Positions 1 to 11,183 of a stretch of 64,000 bases of DNA are shown here, piece after piece. Every line of letters begins with the position of its first letter. The first letter of the stretch is position 1. A program made the translations under genes and the position numbers. The notes under the pieces were generated by a model that saw nothing but the letters and a program-made list of their open reading frames with translations, did not search any database and was not told where the DNA came from. The DNA is taken from assembly GCA_963749495.1 (NCBI GenBank), contig CAVVMW010000012.1, positions 96,001 to 160,000 of the forward strand, given 5' to 3'. Source of the DNA: an uncultured bacterium (GTDB lineage Bacteria > Verrucomicrobiota > Verrucomicrobiia > Limisphaerales > UBA8199).

Positions 1-3000
1 GCTACCGCGAACTGCTCGACAATTGCCTGGTCACCCTGAGCCTGCCGGCGCACGTGCTCGTCATCACCGGCCAACCCCAGGAGGCCCTTGCGCTCTTTGA
101 CCAGCGCTACCGGCCCTTGATCGTTTCGCCTCGGCCGGTGCCGGGGCATTTGGGCAGCTTCACTCTGCGCCACAAAAACCGCGATTACGCCTATTTCTTC
201 AACGCAGGCGGGCGGTGCAAGCTGGAGTACGAATCGGAGTACTACACCAGCCCGCACCATCTCCTGAGCAGCGACGATGTCATTGACAAGATTTACGTAA
301 ACTTCCAGCAGTCCGATCTGCACGAAACCCTCAAGAGCGACCTCGCCGCCGCGCCGGGCCAATGCGAAATCATCCCGCTCCAGTACTTGGACACCCAGTT
401 CAACCTCGGCGACCAGAGGAAAGTCAACGTTCCGGCGAGCGGGGTGCCGCAGGTGAGCGAATTGGCCGGCTTTTTCTGAAGCTCATGCCGGAGCTGATGG
501 TTTACAACCCGGTGGAAATGCGGGAGACCTCCCTTTACACCGCCGTCCGGAATCCGTTGCTGGCCTCCTCCATCGGCTACGAGGAGACCGTTGCGCTGTA
601 TCAATTGCTCGGGCTCGACTTCCCGGACAACGCCGAAAGCCGCCGCCGGGTGGAAAAGCAGGCTGACACTTACCGCCAGCAGACCGTGCCCATGATCAAG
701 CCGACGGGCGACCAGTTGTTGGCCTATTATAAGCCGGGGTATTACACCGCGCAAAAGGACGTGTCCTTCCAGGTAGGCAAGAAGACGGTCCAGGCCTTCC
801 TGCAGGGCAAAAAGTATTACGTTTATCCAATCCAGCACAGTGAAGTCATTGAGCTGCCCGAAGCGCAACTCTTGGAGGCCGAGGAGGGGGATGAGGCCAA
901 AGCCAGGCTCACCCGCCGGACGATGAGCCTGCACTGCACCTACACCGCGCTGGCGATGACCAGCGAGTTGAGGCCAACCGAGATCCATGCCTACACGCAG
1001 CAGAATGGCGAGGCTTACAAGGTCATCACGGCCGATGAATACGAGCTGACCCGGCAAATCCAGCAGGCGGCCGCCATGGGGAACCCCGGCAAAGTGGACG
1101 AACTGAAAAAACGCCTGAAAGCGAGCTATGGCCGCCGCATCCACATCACCAGCAAAGACCCGAACCTGGCCCAGGTTCTTCAGGCCTTCCCGCCGCCCGA
1201 AATAAAAACGCTTTCGGAGGCTTACCCCGAGCAGTTGAAACGACGCATCGAATTGTTGAGCCGCACCAAGGCCCCGCTCACCGACATCCAGATTCTGCAC
1301 GCCGGCCTGGCCTCGCTCAAACGCGGCGCGGTCTTGACCCACCACGTAGGCTCCGGCAAGACCCGCATCGCCGCCTGCGCCGCCATCGCGGCCGGCGCAC
1401 GGCGCGTGGCCTTCATCGCCAAGAGCAAGATCCTGGGCGAGATCATCAAGGAACTGCGCGATGAACTCGGCCTGGACGTGACCCACATCCGCAGCGCTTC
1501 CTGCATTCAAAGATTGCGGGAGGAAGTCAGCCGGGGCGCAAAACCCGAGCGCACCAAGTTCTATGTCGTCTCCCAGGAGTTCCTGACCATCGGCGGATTA
1601 GCCAATCAGACCTTCGATCCCTACCCGATCGATTTGAAAGAGCTGGATAACGGCAACGAACGAATCCACACCCTGCTTTGCACGCGGGAGAACGCCGAGA
1701 AACAGATCAAGGACCAAATCCTCAAATTGCGGGAGGAACAGGTCGTCACGGGCGAGGTGAAGCGGGTCCCGTTCCACTTTCACCAGCACGTGCAGGAGTG
1801 CCCGCGCTGCATGGAGGCGGCCGCCCAGAAGTTCTTCCATGTCAGCAAAGACCGGAAATGGATTCAGTTGAGCTGCGCCACCCGGATGGCCATCCGGGAG
1901 CAGATCGTCGAGTTTGTCAAACGCGGCAAGACGGCGGCCGGCCTGCGTGAATTCGGCACCTTTTCGCGCCACGGACACTGCCGCGTGTGCGGTTACCTGG
2001 CGCGCAGCTATCGGCGGCTCCAAAACGATGCGCCCGAGGAGGTGGCCCCGGAGGTCGCCGACCTATTGGCCGCGCTGGGGGATGAGGAAAAGCCGCGCAA
2101 GGCGGACCAGGGTTTCCGCAGCGCGCTGCAATTCCCGGCTTACCGCCTGCTCAAGGACATGTTCGACACCAAGATATGCGACGAGGCCCACTCCTTGACC
2201 GGGGAATCCAAAGTCTACGAGGCCGTCAAATCCATCCACACCCGGAGAACGTATCTTTTGTCTGGAACGCTCCTGCGGCGCACGCCGGCGGAGATGTGGC
2301 AAATATTCACCCTGTTATGGGGGTACAATTCGCCGGAGTTCCCCTACGCCTACGATCAGCAGAGCGAGTTCATTGAGCAGCACGTGACTTTCCGGGTCAC
2401 CCGGGACGCCGTGCATGATCCAGACGGCAAGAAGATCGCCACGCGCCACAGCAAGCAGGAGATGCCCGAACCGGCCAATGCGCCCAAGCTCTGGAAATAT
2501 CTGCACCAGGCGCAACTCCACGCCACCAGCCGGGGCATGGGGCTGAAGATCCCCGAGGTGCGCCGCCATTTCCTGGCCATCCCCATGGAAGACGAGATCC
2601 TCGACGAATACGAGGAGGTCCTGCGGACCATGAAACAGACGTTCGTCTCCGACAAACCGGTGTTCAGCCTGAACCAGCGTCGCGACTGGTTCACGCAAAT
2701 AGCCGAGCTGCAGGCCATCGCGCTCAAAGCCAAGGTCAAACAGCTCATGACGCTGGCGCTGGAGATCGTGGCGTCGGGGCGGAACCTCATCGTGACCGCC
2801 AAGCAACAGAAGACCTACGAATTGCTGGTGCAAATGTTCACCGAGGCCGGGTTCGATTTCGTGAAGCTGGACGAGAAACGCCCGGCCCAACCCCACAAGC
2901 GCCGGGAGTGGATCGACGAGCATTATGTGCGCTCTCGCACCCCCATCTTCCTGACGCGAACGCCGCTCATCAATGAGAGCCTCAACAACCTGGTCAAAGC

Positions 3001-3712
3001 GTCGGCCGTCATCGTGGTGGAGGCCGAATACGTCTTCTACCCCCTGCAGCAATTGGAGGGGCGCATCGCCCGGCCCAAGCAAAAAGCGCCGGTAGTGGAC
3101 GTCACCTACATGGTCACCCAGCACCCGCAACGCGCCAGTATCGACGAGGCCATGCTGCAGATGGCGTTGCGCCGCAACAACGCCAACGTCGAGCTGGTCA
3201 GCGGAAACATCACGCAGCGCACCAACGAACAGTTGGTGGAAATGGCCGAGACCCAAAAGATGCGCGAGCTGGAGCTGATGCAGACGCTCCTGGCTGAGGC
3301 GCGTCCCGCCAACGTCACCAACATCGATTACCGGGCCGAGTTCGCGGCGCGCGAGGCGGAGATCGAAGCCGCCGAGCGCGCCAAGGCCGTCATTGTCGTG
3401 AAAGAGGATCTGCGCGAGCAACTCGACAAGAGCATCGCGCAGCCCGTGCCAGCCGCCGGCGATCCCTCGGCCAATTCAACCGAACCCATTCTCGCAATGC
3501 CGGGATCGGCTCTTGCAGCGGAACCGCCAAGAACCGGCTCAGTTGGAGTCCAAACCGTGGTGAACGGGAAGAATCTCGAATTGGATTTGGACCTGCTCTC
3601 AAGCCCTCATGCGTGCGCCCAGCCGAGCGCGCGGCACAGGTCCGTAACGCCTATTCCCAGGGCCGGCCGCCTGGCCGCTCAAGAGAACCTCCTGCTCCTG
3701 TTCGATGAGTAG
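1..3712 (+). CDS. Large SNF2/DEAH-family helicase, 5'-partial, probable frameshift at T-run ~471-475
   Basis: Motifs HHVGSGKT (Walker A), ICDEAH, LLSGT and QLEGRIAR in ORF 362..3712. Upstream ORF 54..479 is open to the window start and joins it if one T is added to ggctttttctgaag. Confidence 0.8.
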
Positions 3713-3740
3713 GCATTTGGCTGCCAAACACCAAAACGCC

Positions 3741-4835
3741 ATGAAGTTCAAAACCATCGCAAAGGAATTCCAACAGGCGCTGAGTGTCGTCGAAGGGATC
3801 ATCCCGGCGCGCACGCCGCTGCCCGCGGCGACGCACGTGTTGGTCGAGGTCAAGGGCGGAATGCTCACCCTGAGCGGCTCGGATTTGAACAGCCAGGTGC
3901 AGTATTCATTCCCCGCCGAAGGGGAAGACGGCGTGGCACTGGTGCCTGCCCGGAAACTTCTCGGGTTTGCCAAGACCCTCCAGGGCCAGGAACTGCACGC
4001 AGAGTCCACGCCGGAAAAAGGGCTCACCTTCACCACGGAAAACATCGAGCTGGCACTGCCCGGGCTGCCGCCGGACGACTTCCCTCGCGTGCCCAGCCCC
4101 ACCGGGGCCACCTTTAAAGTTGACCAATCCACTTTTTGCCGGGCACTGCGGATGACGGTTTTTGCCGCCGCCGTGGAGGACGACCGGCATGTGCTGCGGG
4201 GGTGTTACCTTCATTTCCCGGAAGGGCACGGCCGCGTCGTTGCGACCGACAGCCGCCGCCTGGCTCTCGCGCAGTTCATGCCGACCGCAGAGCCTTCCGA
4301 TCCGAACACGCAGTTCATCATCCCCAGCGGGATTGTCAAATTGCTCCTGACGCATTTGACCGGGGAAAGCGAGGTCACTTGCACCATTGGAGAGAAACAG
4401 GTCAGCTTCGAGTGTGCCACCGCCAACCATGGGTGTTACCAGCTGACATTCTCGAAACTCGAGGGCAATTACCCCAACTACAACAGGTTCATCCAGCCGT
4501 TGCAGCGGGAGAACACGATCGGCCGCGAGGCCCTCCTGCAGGCGCTGAAACGGGCCACCGCCGCTGTGGAAGAGAAAGAAGGCACAGTCGACCTTCAGTT
4601 CGAAGGCCGGCGCTTGGTTATCAAGGCCCAAACCACCTGCAAGTTCCACGAAGCGCTCGAAATGGATTACCAGGGCAGCCCCTTCACCACCGTCTTTGCG
4701 CCCCGGTACATTTCCGAGGCGCTTGAGGAAAGCCCCGATGACGAGGTGAAATTCGACCTGCAAGGGCCGCAATCCCCGCTGGTGATGCGCGGGCACGACT
4801 TCATGTACCTGGCCATGCCCCGACGCATTAACTGA
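3741..4835 (+). CDS. dnaN: DNA polymerase III beta sliding clamp homolog
   Basis: About 364 aa with typical clamp segments LTLSGSDL, VPARKL, DDFP, VATDSRRLA, EGNYPNY and YLAMPRR. Confidence 0.92.
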   Translation: MKFKTIAKEFQQALSVVEGIIPARTPLPAATHVLVEVKGGMLTLSGSDLNSQVQYSFPAEGEDGVALVPARKLLGFAKTLQGQELHAESTPEKGLTFTTENIELALPGLPPDDFPRVPSPTGATFKVDQSTFCRALRMTVFAAAVEDDRHVLRGCYLHFPEGHGRVVATDSRRLALAQFMPTAEPSDPNTQFIIPSGIVKLLLTHLTGESEVTCTIGEKQVSFECATANHGCYQLTFSKLEGNYPNYNRFIQPLQRENTIGREALLQALKRATAAVEEKEGTVDLQFEGRRLVIKAQTTCKFHEALEMDYQGSPFTTVFAPRYISEALEESPDDEVKFDLQGPQSPLVMRGHDFMYLAMPRRIN

Positions 4836-4861
4836 CTCGATCAGCCGATCTTCCGCGAGAC

Positions 4862-6016
4862 ATGCAAAAGAACCTGGCAGAGCCGTTGTTCCCGGAGCGG
4901 GCAATCAGCTACGGGATGGCCCGAAGAATCCTGCTCCAGAACATGCAGAAGGACGTCAACATGCCCACCTGCTTTATCGGGCCGCCCGGGGTCGGCAAAA
5001 CGGCGCTGGTCGAGGATGTATGCGGAGATTTGAAGGCCCACCTTTGCGTGGTCCCTTTGTCCTGCTACGACGCGAGCGAACTCAAAGGCATCCCGCGCGT
5101 TCTGCCCTTGGAGGAGTTGCGCAAGCTCCACCCCGAGCACGTGAAGGAGGGCAACAGCGGGTTTGTGACCTACTACGCCCATAATTTCGAGTTTCCGGCC
5201 ACCAACGACCCCGACCTGTGGGTGTTCTTCTTCGACGAATTCAACACCGTGCCGCCCAGCACACAGGTGCCCATCTTCCAGGCGACTCAAAAGAGGTGCA
5301 TCACGGGCAGCTACCGGTTCCCGAAACAGAACCGCATCGTGCTGGCGGGAAACCGGCCCAAGGACTCCGAAGCGGTCCACCCCATCCCGAGCCCCATCAT
5401 TTCGCGCGTCAACCTGCATGAATTGACCTTTGACTACAAAGAATGGCTCCAGTGGGGAAGTCACATCCACCCGGGCATCCGCTCGTTCATCTCCAACAAT
5501 CCCGAAAGGCTGTGTTTCTTCACCAAGGAGATGGTGGAGGCAGTCCAACCCTACGCGACCCCGCGCACCTGGGATTATGCCAACACGATTCTCAAGGGAT
5601 ACACTGACGCGCATCTGGCGCACATGGAGCCAAAGGGCGAACCGTGGAGCCAGCTGCTGCACCACCTCTCGGGCACCACTGGATACGAAAACGTCTCCTT
5701 CCGCGACCATTCCCAGCGCACGCTGCTCCATTATCTCCAGGACGCCGCGCGCGAGGAACTGCAGGAGACTGGCCCCATCCTCGGCAGGGTCCGCGGTTGG
5801 GCGCAGGTCTTCGAGGGGAACCCTGAAAAACCGCGACTCCTCGTAATTCTCAAACATCTGCCGCAGCTGGATCCGTCCCAGGCCGCCATGTTCCTTAAGC
5901 GCCTGACGACAGCGGCTCCCGATATGGTAAGCCAGGCGCTCAGGGAACAGCCGGCGCTGGCCAAGATCATCACCAACGTCCCGGGACTCAAAGAAACCTT
6001 GGCCCAACTGAAATAG
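4862..6016 (+). CDS. MoxR-like/AAA_5 ATPase
   Basis: GPPGVGKT, FFFDEFN, VLAGN, SRV, TPRTW motifs. Confidence 0.85.
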   Translation: MQKNLAEPLFPERAISYGMARRILLQNMQKDVNMPTCFIGPPGVGKTALVEDVCGDLKAHLCVVPLSCYDASELKGIPRVLPLEELRKLHPEHVKEGNSGFVTYYAHNFEFPATNDPDLWVFFFDEFNTVPPSTQVPIFQATQKRCITGSYRFPKQNRIVLAGNRPKDSEAVHPIPSPIISRVNLHELTFDYKEWLQWGSHIHPGIRSFISNNPERLCFFTKEMVEAVQPYATPRTWDYANTILKGYTDAHLAHMEPKGEPWSQLLHHLSGTTGYENVSFRDHSQRTLLHYLQDAAREELQETGPILGRVRGWAQVFEGNPEKPRLLVILKHLPQLDPSQAAMFLKRLTTAAPDMVSQALREQPALAKIITNVPGLKETLAQLK

Positions 6017-6054
6017 CACGCACCAGAGCACAGCCCTAAAATGGAGAGGATTTT

Positions 6055-6717
6055 ATGCAACTGAAAATCGTGACGGGCAGCGGCATCTTTCGCTTCAACC
6101 AAGCGGGCCAGCCCATCCCGGACATCACCGAACCTTTTGTGCTGGTCGAGGTCTACGCCAAGGAGGACGTGGTGGCCTTGTATGACCAGGGGGCGGAGCA
6201 TCTGGCCAACGCCTTCACCTACGACGGCAACCGGATCACGGGCATGAGCGCCGATGCCGCGGAACACATCCAGAGTTTCTTCCTCGCCGAGGGGGCCTGG
6301 TACCTCCAGGAGCTCAATAGCCCGGAAAAGGATGGCGGAACCTCTGCGCAAGCAGCGGCCACCGAAATCCAGGCAGGGATGCCGGCTCCAGGGGCAAATG
6401 GACAAACGGGAACGAACGACCCAGGGTTCTTCGTGCCCACGCTCGAGCAGCGCCAGCTCTTGCGCGACATCCAGGTCACGGCGGAGGCCCTGCGCCATAT
6501 CGAACCCGACCCGACTGCGGGTTGGGATCGCCAGGTCCAGAAACTCTTGCTCTCGCAGCAAGTATTCGGAATCGGCGACCCGGAAAAAGCCTACTCGGAA
6601 GGAAAGGCCAGCCTCGAACGGCTGATTGGCCAGGCCAGATCTGCGGGGATTCCGGCCAACGTCGTGGACAGCAACGTTGCGCAGGGTGACGTGCCCGAGA
6701 TGGAGGAGGAAGAGTAA
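6055..6717 (+). CDS. Hypothetical acidic protein
   Basis: 220-aa ORF, co-oriented, preceded by GGAGAGGA RBS. Confidence 0.65.
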   Translation: MQLKIVTGSGIFRFNQAGQPIPDITEPFVLVEVYAKEDVVALYDQGAEHLANAFTYDGNRITGMSADAAEHIQSFFLAEGAWYLQELNSPEKDGGTSAQAAATEIQAGMPAPGANGQTGTNDPGFFVPTLEQRQLLRDIQVTAEALRHIEPDPTAGWDRQVQKLLLSQQVFGIGDPEKAYSEGKASLERLIGQARSAGIPANVVDSNVAQGDVPEMEEEE

Positions 6718-6883
6718 TCCGCGCCGCCTGGGGGATTCCGGTGAGGACGAGAGACGCCGGGGGTGCCGCGTAGGCCGGTTACGCAACCAGGGAGCTCCGT
6801 TTTGAGTGGGACCCGATACACGCTTCGGGTGCAAAACCTCGTCAACAGTTCAACGAACGAGCGATGGGAACCTAAAATGGAGC

Positions 6884-7867
6884 ATGAAGATAGCCCCAGG
6901 CCCAAGTTTTCCACCCGGAGTCACATGTTATGTGGACCTGACCGGGTTCCTTCATCGCCTGGCCTACATGCCGGGTCCTCATGGCATGAATCCCCAGCAG
7001 GTCACTTCCAGGCTCACCGGCGAGCCGACCTGGGGAATCGTTGGCACGTTCAACCAACTCAACACACTGGCCAAGCAACGGCCTGCCCGTGTCGTCGCAT
7101 TTGCGGACTCCTCCCAGGACGGCTTCCGCGCCGAATTGCTTCCAGACTACAAGCGCAAGAACGGATCCCCTTATCTCGGCCGCCAACTCGACCGCCTCGC
7201 ACGATGTCTCCCTCACCTGGGAATCGCCGTGGTCGGTGCCCGCAATGAATTTCCAGGCATGGAGGCGGAAGACCTGATTGCCCGCACCGTCAAATCGGCG
7301 CGCGAACCTGCGGTGGTTGTTTCTTACGACAAGGACCTGCTCCAGCTCGTCGGGGAGGAAGTCAGCCACTACAATCCATACAAGAAGCACCTGGTCACCC
7401 CTGACAGCATCGGCGCGTACCTGAAGCAGGGATTCCTCCCGACCAAGGCGGAGTTGACCGGACACGATATGGCAGTGTTTCTTGCCTGCACTGGCGATGA
7501 TTCCGACGGGATCAGGCCAATCGGCGGCGTTGGCCCGGTAAGGCTGGGGCAGTATTACGAGAAGCTCCCAGGAGGGCTGTCAAATTCTGCGAAGCTCGAC
7601 GCGCTTCGTGCCGTCGATTTGGAGGTCAGAGGGCGCGCGGGTAAAGTCGCCGACTGGAATCAAGCACGGCTTAACCTTCAGGCGACGGATTTGGACACCG
7701 ACCGCCAGCACAGCGTCAATCTGGGCACAATCCCTGAGCCCCGCCCCAACAAGGAGGCCTTCCGGCAAGTTCTGGAAGAGCTGACCATGCAGTCCTTCAT
7801 CAAGGAGTACGACCGGTGGTTTGCACCCTTTGAAGCCCTCAACCAGCCGTCACTTTCGATAGCTTGA
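6884..7867 (+). CDS. 5'-3' exonuclease/flap endonuclease (PolA N-terminal-like, stand-alone)
   Basis: YVDLTG, FRAELLPDYK, EAEDLIA, SYDKDLLQLV and H3TH GDDSDGIRPIGGVGP motifs; ATG at 6884 preferred over GTG at 6806. Confidence 0.88.
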   Translation: MKIAPGPSFPPGVTCYVDLTGFLHRLAYMPGPHGMNPQQVTSRLTGEPTWGIVGTFNQLNTLAKQRPARVVAFADSSQDGFRAELLPDYKRKNGSPYLGRQLDRLARCLPHLGIAVVGARNEFPGMEAEDLIARTVKSAREPAVVVSYDKDLLQLVGEEVSHYNPYKKHLVTPDSIGAYLKQGFLPTKAELTGHDMAVFLACTGDDSDGIRPIGGVGPVRLGQYYEKLPGGLSNSAKLDALRAVDLEVRGRAGKVADWNQARLNLQATDLDTDRQHSVNLGTIPEPRPNKEAFRQVLEELTMQSFIKEYDRWFAPFEALNQPSLSIA

Positions 7868-7928
7868 GAAATGCGACCCCGCCGGACAAGGCCGATGGCA
7901 ATCCTGGTTTGAGGGGACGCGTATTTCC

Positions 7929-9101
7929 ATGGCCCAAAACACCTTTTCCTTTGCCGCCGTTGCCGCAGTGGGCGCCTGCTGGGGATCCTTCCTCCGCGTG
8001 GCTTCGCACGGCACGCTTGGCCCCAGAGCCCTCATCCCGGTCAGCTCCAAACGTCCGGCTGTGGAGTTGCTGACCGCCGGCCTTTTCGTGGGTTGCTACT
8101 GCCTCACGCACGACATGCTCTCCGCCTCCCTCCTGGGGGTCGTCTTCACGCTTTACACGCTCGGAGCGGTATGCGACCACCAGACTTTCTATCTGCCGGC
8201 GATCACTTTGGAGGGAGCCTTGATAGGGGCCATCGCGCTGGCAGTGTTTCGGCCTGGAGCAACCAATCCGGCAGCCGTCAACTACGGCGCCGTTGCCGCC
8301 ACCCTCAATCATCTCGAGGGAGGTGCCGTTCTGCTCGGCACAATGGTGCTGATCAAGAAGTTCGGAGAACACTCCCTTCGCACCGCATGTGAGGGCAGGA
8401 CGCAATTTGAAATCAGCGAAAAAGGAATCGCCATCTCGGACGAGTGCGGATCCGATTTCACGCCTTGGGAGGACTTTCGTTTCACCAAGATCGTTCCCCG
8501 AAAGGGCATTCTTTGCATCCGCAGCGGAAAGGCGGAGAGTTTCCAACCCGGCGAGATCGAGATACACGATGGCAGCGTTCGTCACCTTGGCCACGAACTC
8601 GACCTGGGGAAGGGAGCGATCACGATTCAGACCACCAGGTTTCTCGCCTACCGCAACGCGATGGGTCTTGGCAACGTCCTGTTGGCACCGTCACTGGGAG
8701 TCCTGCTGGGGTTCAACATTGGCCTGTTTGAAATGTTCCTGCTGGCCTCGACAACCGGCACTGCTCACGGGCTCTACCTGAAGCGCAACGATCGGCGGCT
8801 TCCGTTTGGCCCTCACCTGATGAGCGCCACGGCGTATGTCATTCTCAGCCGGGCACCACGTGGCGCCATCCATAGCGAAAATGTTCGGATTTCACGGCTG
8901 ACGGCTTACGCAGAACTGCTCCAGTGGCCAAGGCCCATTTTTGCTCTCAGACTGGCGGGCGGAATTTCAATCCCGCGGGCCTTTCAGCCCGAAGCCCACA
9001 CTCCGCGACCCGCGTCCGGCTGGGGCCGTTTTTCCATTTCAACAAGCGGCCCGAGTGCGATTGGAGTCAACGGCGCAACCTGCAGGCGCGCGGACGGTTG
9101 A
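7929..9101 (+). CDS. Degenerate prepilin peptidase (A24)-like membrane protein; true stop probably TAG 8873-8875 if a 1-nt indel is present
   Basis: GACWGSFL, CDHQTFYLP, AMGLGNVLL...GVLLG and LPFGPHL match PilD segments; several hydrophobic helices. Confidence 0.7.
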   Translation: MAQNTFSFAAVAAVGACWGSFLRVASHGTLGPRALIPVSSKRPAVELLTAGLFVGCYCLTHDMLSASLLGVVFTLYTLGAVCDHQTFYLPAITLEGALIGAIALAVFRPGATNPAAVNYGAVAATLNHLEGGAVLLGTMVLIKKFGEHSLRTACEGRTQFEISEKGIAISDECGSDFTPWEDFRFTKIVPRKGILCIRSGKAESFQPGEIEIHDGSVRHLGHELDLGKGAITIQTTRFLAYRNAMGLGNVLLAPSLGVLLGFNIGLFEMFLLASTTGTAHGLYLKRNDRRLPFGPHLMSATAYVILSRAPRGAIHSENVRISRLTAYAELLQWPRPIFALRLAGGISIPRAFQPEAHTPRPASGWGRFSISTSGPSAIGVNGATCRRADG

Positions 9102-9151
9102 AAAAGCCTGCGCTCAAGAGTGGAGCGCCAAACGACGCCAAACACAAAGCC

Positions 9152-10568
9152 GTGAATCCGTTCGTCAAAACGTCACAACTCAAGACCAAGCTGCCGGGGT
9201 ATGCGGTCGCGCGCATGCACGCGCTCAATCATCAGACGCTCCAGCATCTGGCCTCCCACCACCGCGAAAAGTTCCTCAAGGCTTTCAAATACGTCCAGGC
9301 CAATATCATCAGCGGCATCACCGTAAGCCGCGGCATCGCCAGACTGCAAACATGACGGCATCTCGGCCTACTTTTATTGGGAAAACGGCCAGTCTCCCAT
9401 CGTTTTCCACATGCCGGCGTGCGCGCTGGAGGTCGGACTGCCGGTGGCGGAGGAGTTGGCGGCGGCCCTCGAGCAGAACGGAAACACCAGCGCCTTGCTG
9501 GCGTGCGAACTCGCGGTCGGCGGCGGGCGCTCCCACAGCTACAACGTGGTCCGCATCGTGAATTCCCCCGCCTCCCGCGCGGAGCTGGAGAAACTCCATC
9601 TGGTGATGCTGGATGTCATCATCCTCGACAAGCAGGAGAAGCAGGGGCTCGGCTACGACGAGCGCGTCAAAACCCTGCAAGGCCTGCCTCAAATCCCAAG
9701 AGCTCACTGCCCTGATTTCCGGGAGGTCAACGGGCTCGACCAGCTCAACGCCTATTACAAGCAGCAACTGGACAAGGGCCAGGAGGGCATTGTCCTGCAC
9801 GATGTGACCACCCGCGTCGCGTACAAGATCAAGCCGAAATTCAACCTCGACCTGGCCATCGTGGGTTACGTGGAAGGCACCGAGGAGTTGGCCGGCAACG
9901 TGGTTTCCATCATGGGCGCGTTGGTTTCCGGCGCCTCATATCAACTGGTCGCCCGGGTGGGAGTGGCCGAGCCGGCGCTTCGCGAAAGGCTCTTCAAGGA
10001 ATTATCCGGGAAGGCGATCACCGCCAATTACACCGAAACCGATTCCGATGGGCGCCCCATAATTTGGGTGCGGCCGGTTAAAGCGATGGAGATTAACGCG
10101 GAGGACGCGCTTTGGGACGACACCGACGGCAAGCCCTGGGCGAACACCGTTCTTCAACTGGAGGACCAGGGCTATCGCTACCAGGGACAGGGTTTCATCC
10201 TGAAGCCGTTCCACCCGACGCTGGAGCGAATCCGCGAGGACAAACCGGCGGGCGAATGCACCTTCAAGCAGTTGAATGCCGTGAACCTGCGGCTCAAGCA
10301 GACCGCCAACGGCAAGCCGGCGAAGGTCTTCCTGCGGGAGGTGTACACCAAAGCGCTCAAAGGCAACACGGCCGTGCGCAAGATCGTCGCCTGGGAGCAG
10401 GAGCGTGAAGGCTATCCCCGGTTCGTCGTCCACACGGTGGATTACAGCCCCGGCCGTGCCAAACCGCTCGAGGAGGCAAGCAAGGCAACCGACAACCAGG
10501 GCGAGGCCAGGAAGTTCATCGATGACTGGAGGGCCTCCGAAATCACCAAAGGCTGGGCAAGAGCCTGA
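9152..10568 (+). CDS. ATP-dependent DNA ligase with OB fold and C-terminal WGR-like domain (frameshift ~9347)
   Basis: Motif I KHDG at 9348 is in frame with ORF 9411..10568. Also LACEL, MLDV, EGIVL, YKIKP, DLAIVGY and PTLERIREDK. C-terminus ends ...EARKFIDDWRASEITKGW. The N-terminal part lies in frame 8924..9355. Confidence 0.8.
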
Positions 10569-10580
10569 AAGGAAGCATTT

Positions 10581-11165
10581 ATGGCAGCCTGTGCATTCAA
10601 TATCAACAACGCCAAGCGCGTGAGCGAACTGCAGAAGATTACTCGCGATGATCTTTACGGAAGCCGCCGGGTCCAGGCGCTGGGGCCGGACAACAAGCTC
10701 TTGCGGCGGGCCGGAGTTCCTGAAGAGGGCAACCTCTACCTGGTTTCCGGCGACATCGCGCGAACTACGCGCGCCGGCGAACAGTTTACGCTCGCTCCAG
10801 TCGAAGTCGTGGACAGCGCCACCGGGCAGAAGAAGGATGTGGTGCCGAGTTCGTTCAAGCAGTCCCCGGAATTTCGCAAAGCCACCGCCGAGGAGGTGAG
10901 CCTGCTGGAGGTGGCGTCGGTTTACCGGCTCCCCGGCGCGCAACTCCAGCCAGGGGCTTTCTACATCGGCACGTTCAACTACCGGGATGGATTTGAGCGC
11001 AACGACGCCGCCGTCCTCGCCAATGGGCACGGGACGTTCCTGCTCGTTGGAAAGATCAAGAAGCCGGGCTTCGTCGGGATGGAAATTGACTCCCAGCTTA
11101 TCGCGGAGTCGGCGGCCAGCGAGGAAGCGGGGGAGGCGACGGAGAACTTCGAATCCTTGTTTTAA
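10581..11165 (+). CDS. Hypothetical protein, possible divergent Ku-like subunit A with acidic C-tail
   Basis: 194-aa ORF 12 nt after the ligase; residue pattern loosely parallels the Ku core; ends EEAGEATENFESLF. Confidence 0.6.
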   Translation: MAACAFNINNAKRVSELQKITRDDLYGSRRVQALGPDNKLLRRAGVPEEGNLYLVSGDIARTTRAGEQFTLAPVEVVDSATGQKKDVVPSSFKQSPEFRKATAEEVSLLEVASVYRLPGAQLQPGAFYIGTFNYRDGFERNDAAVLANGHGTFLLVGKIKKPGFVGMEIDSQLIAESAASEEAGEATENFESLF

Positions 11166-11183
11166 CCCGGAACGGAGATCCAC

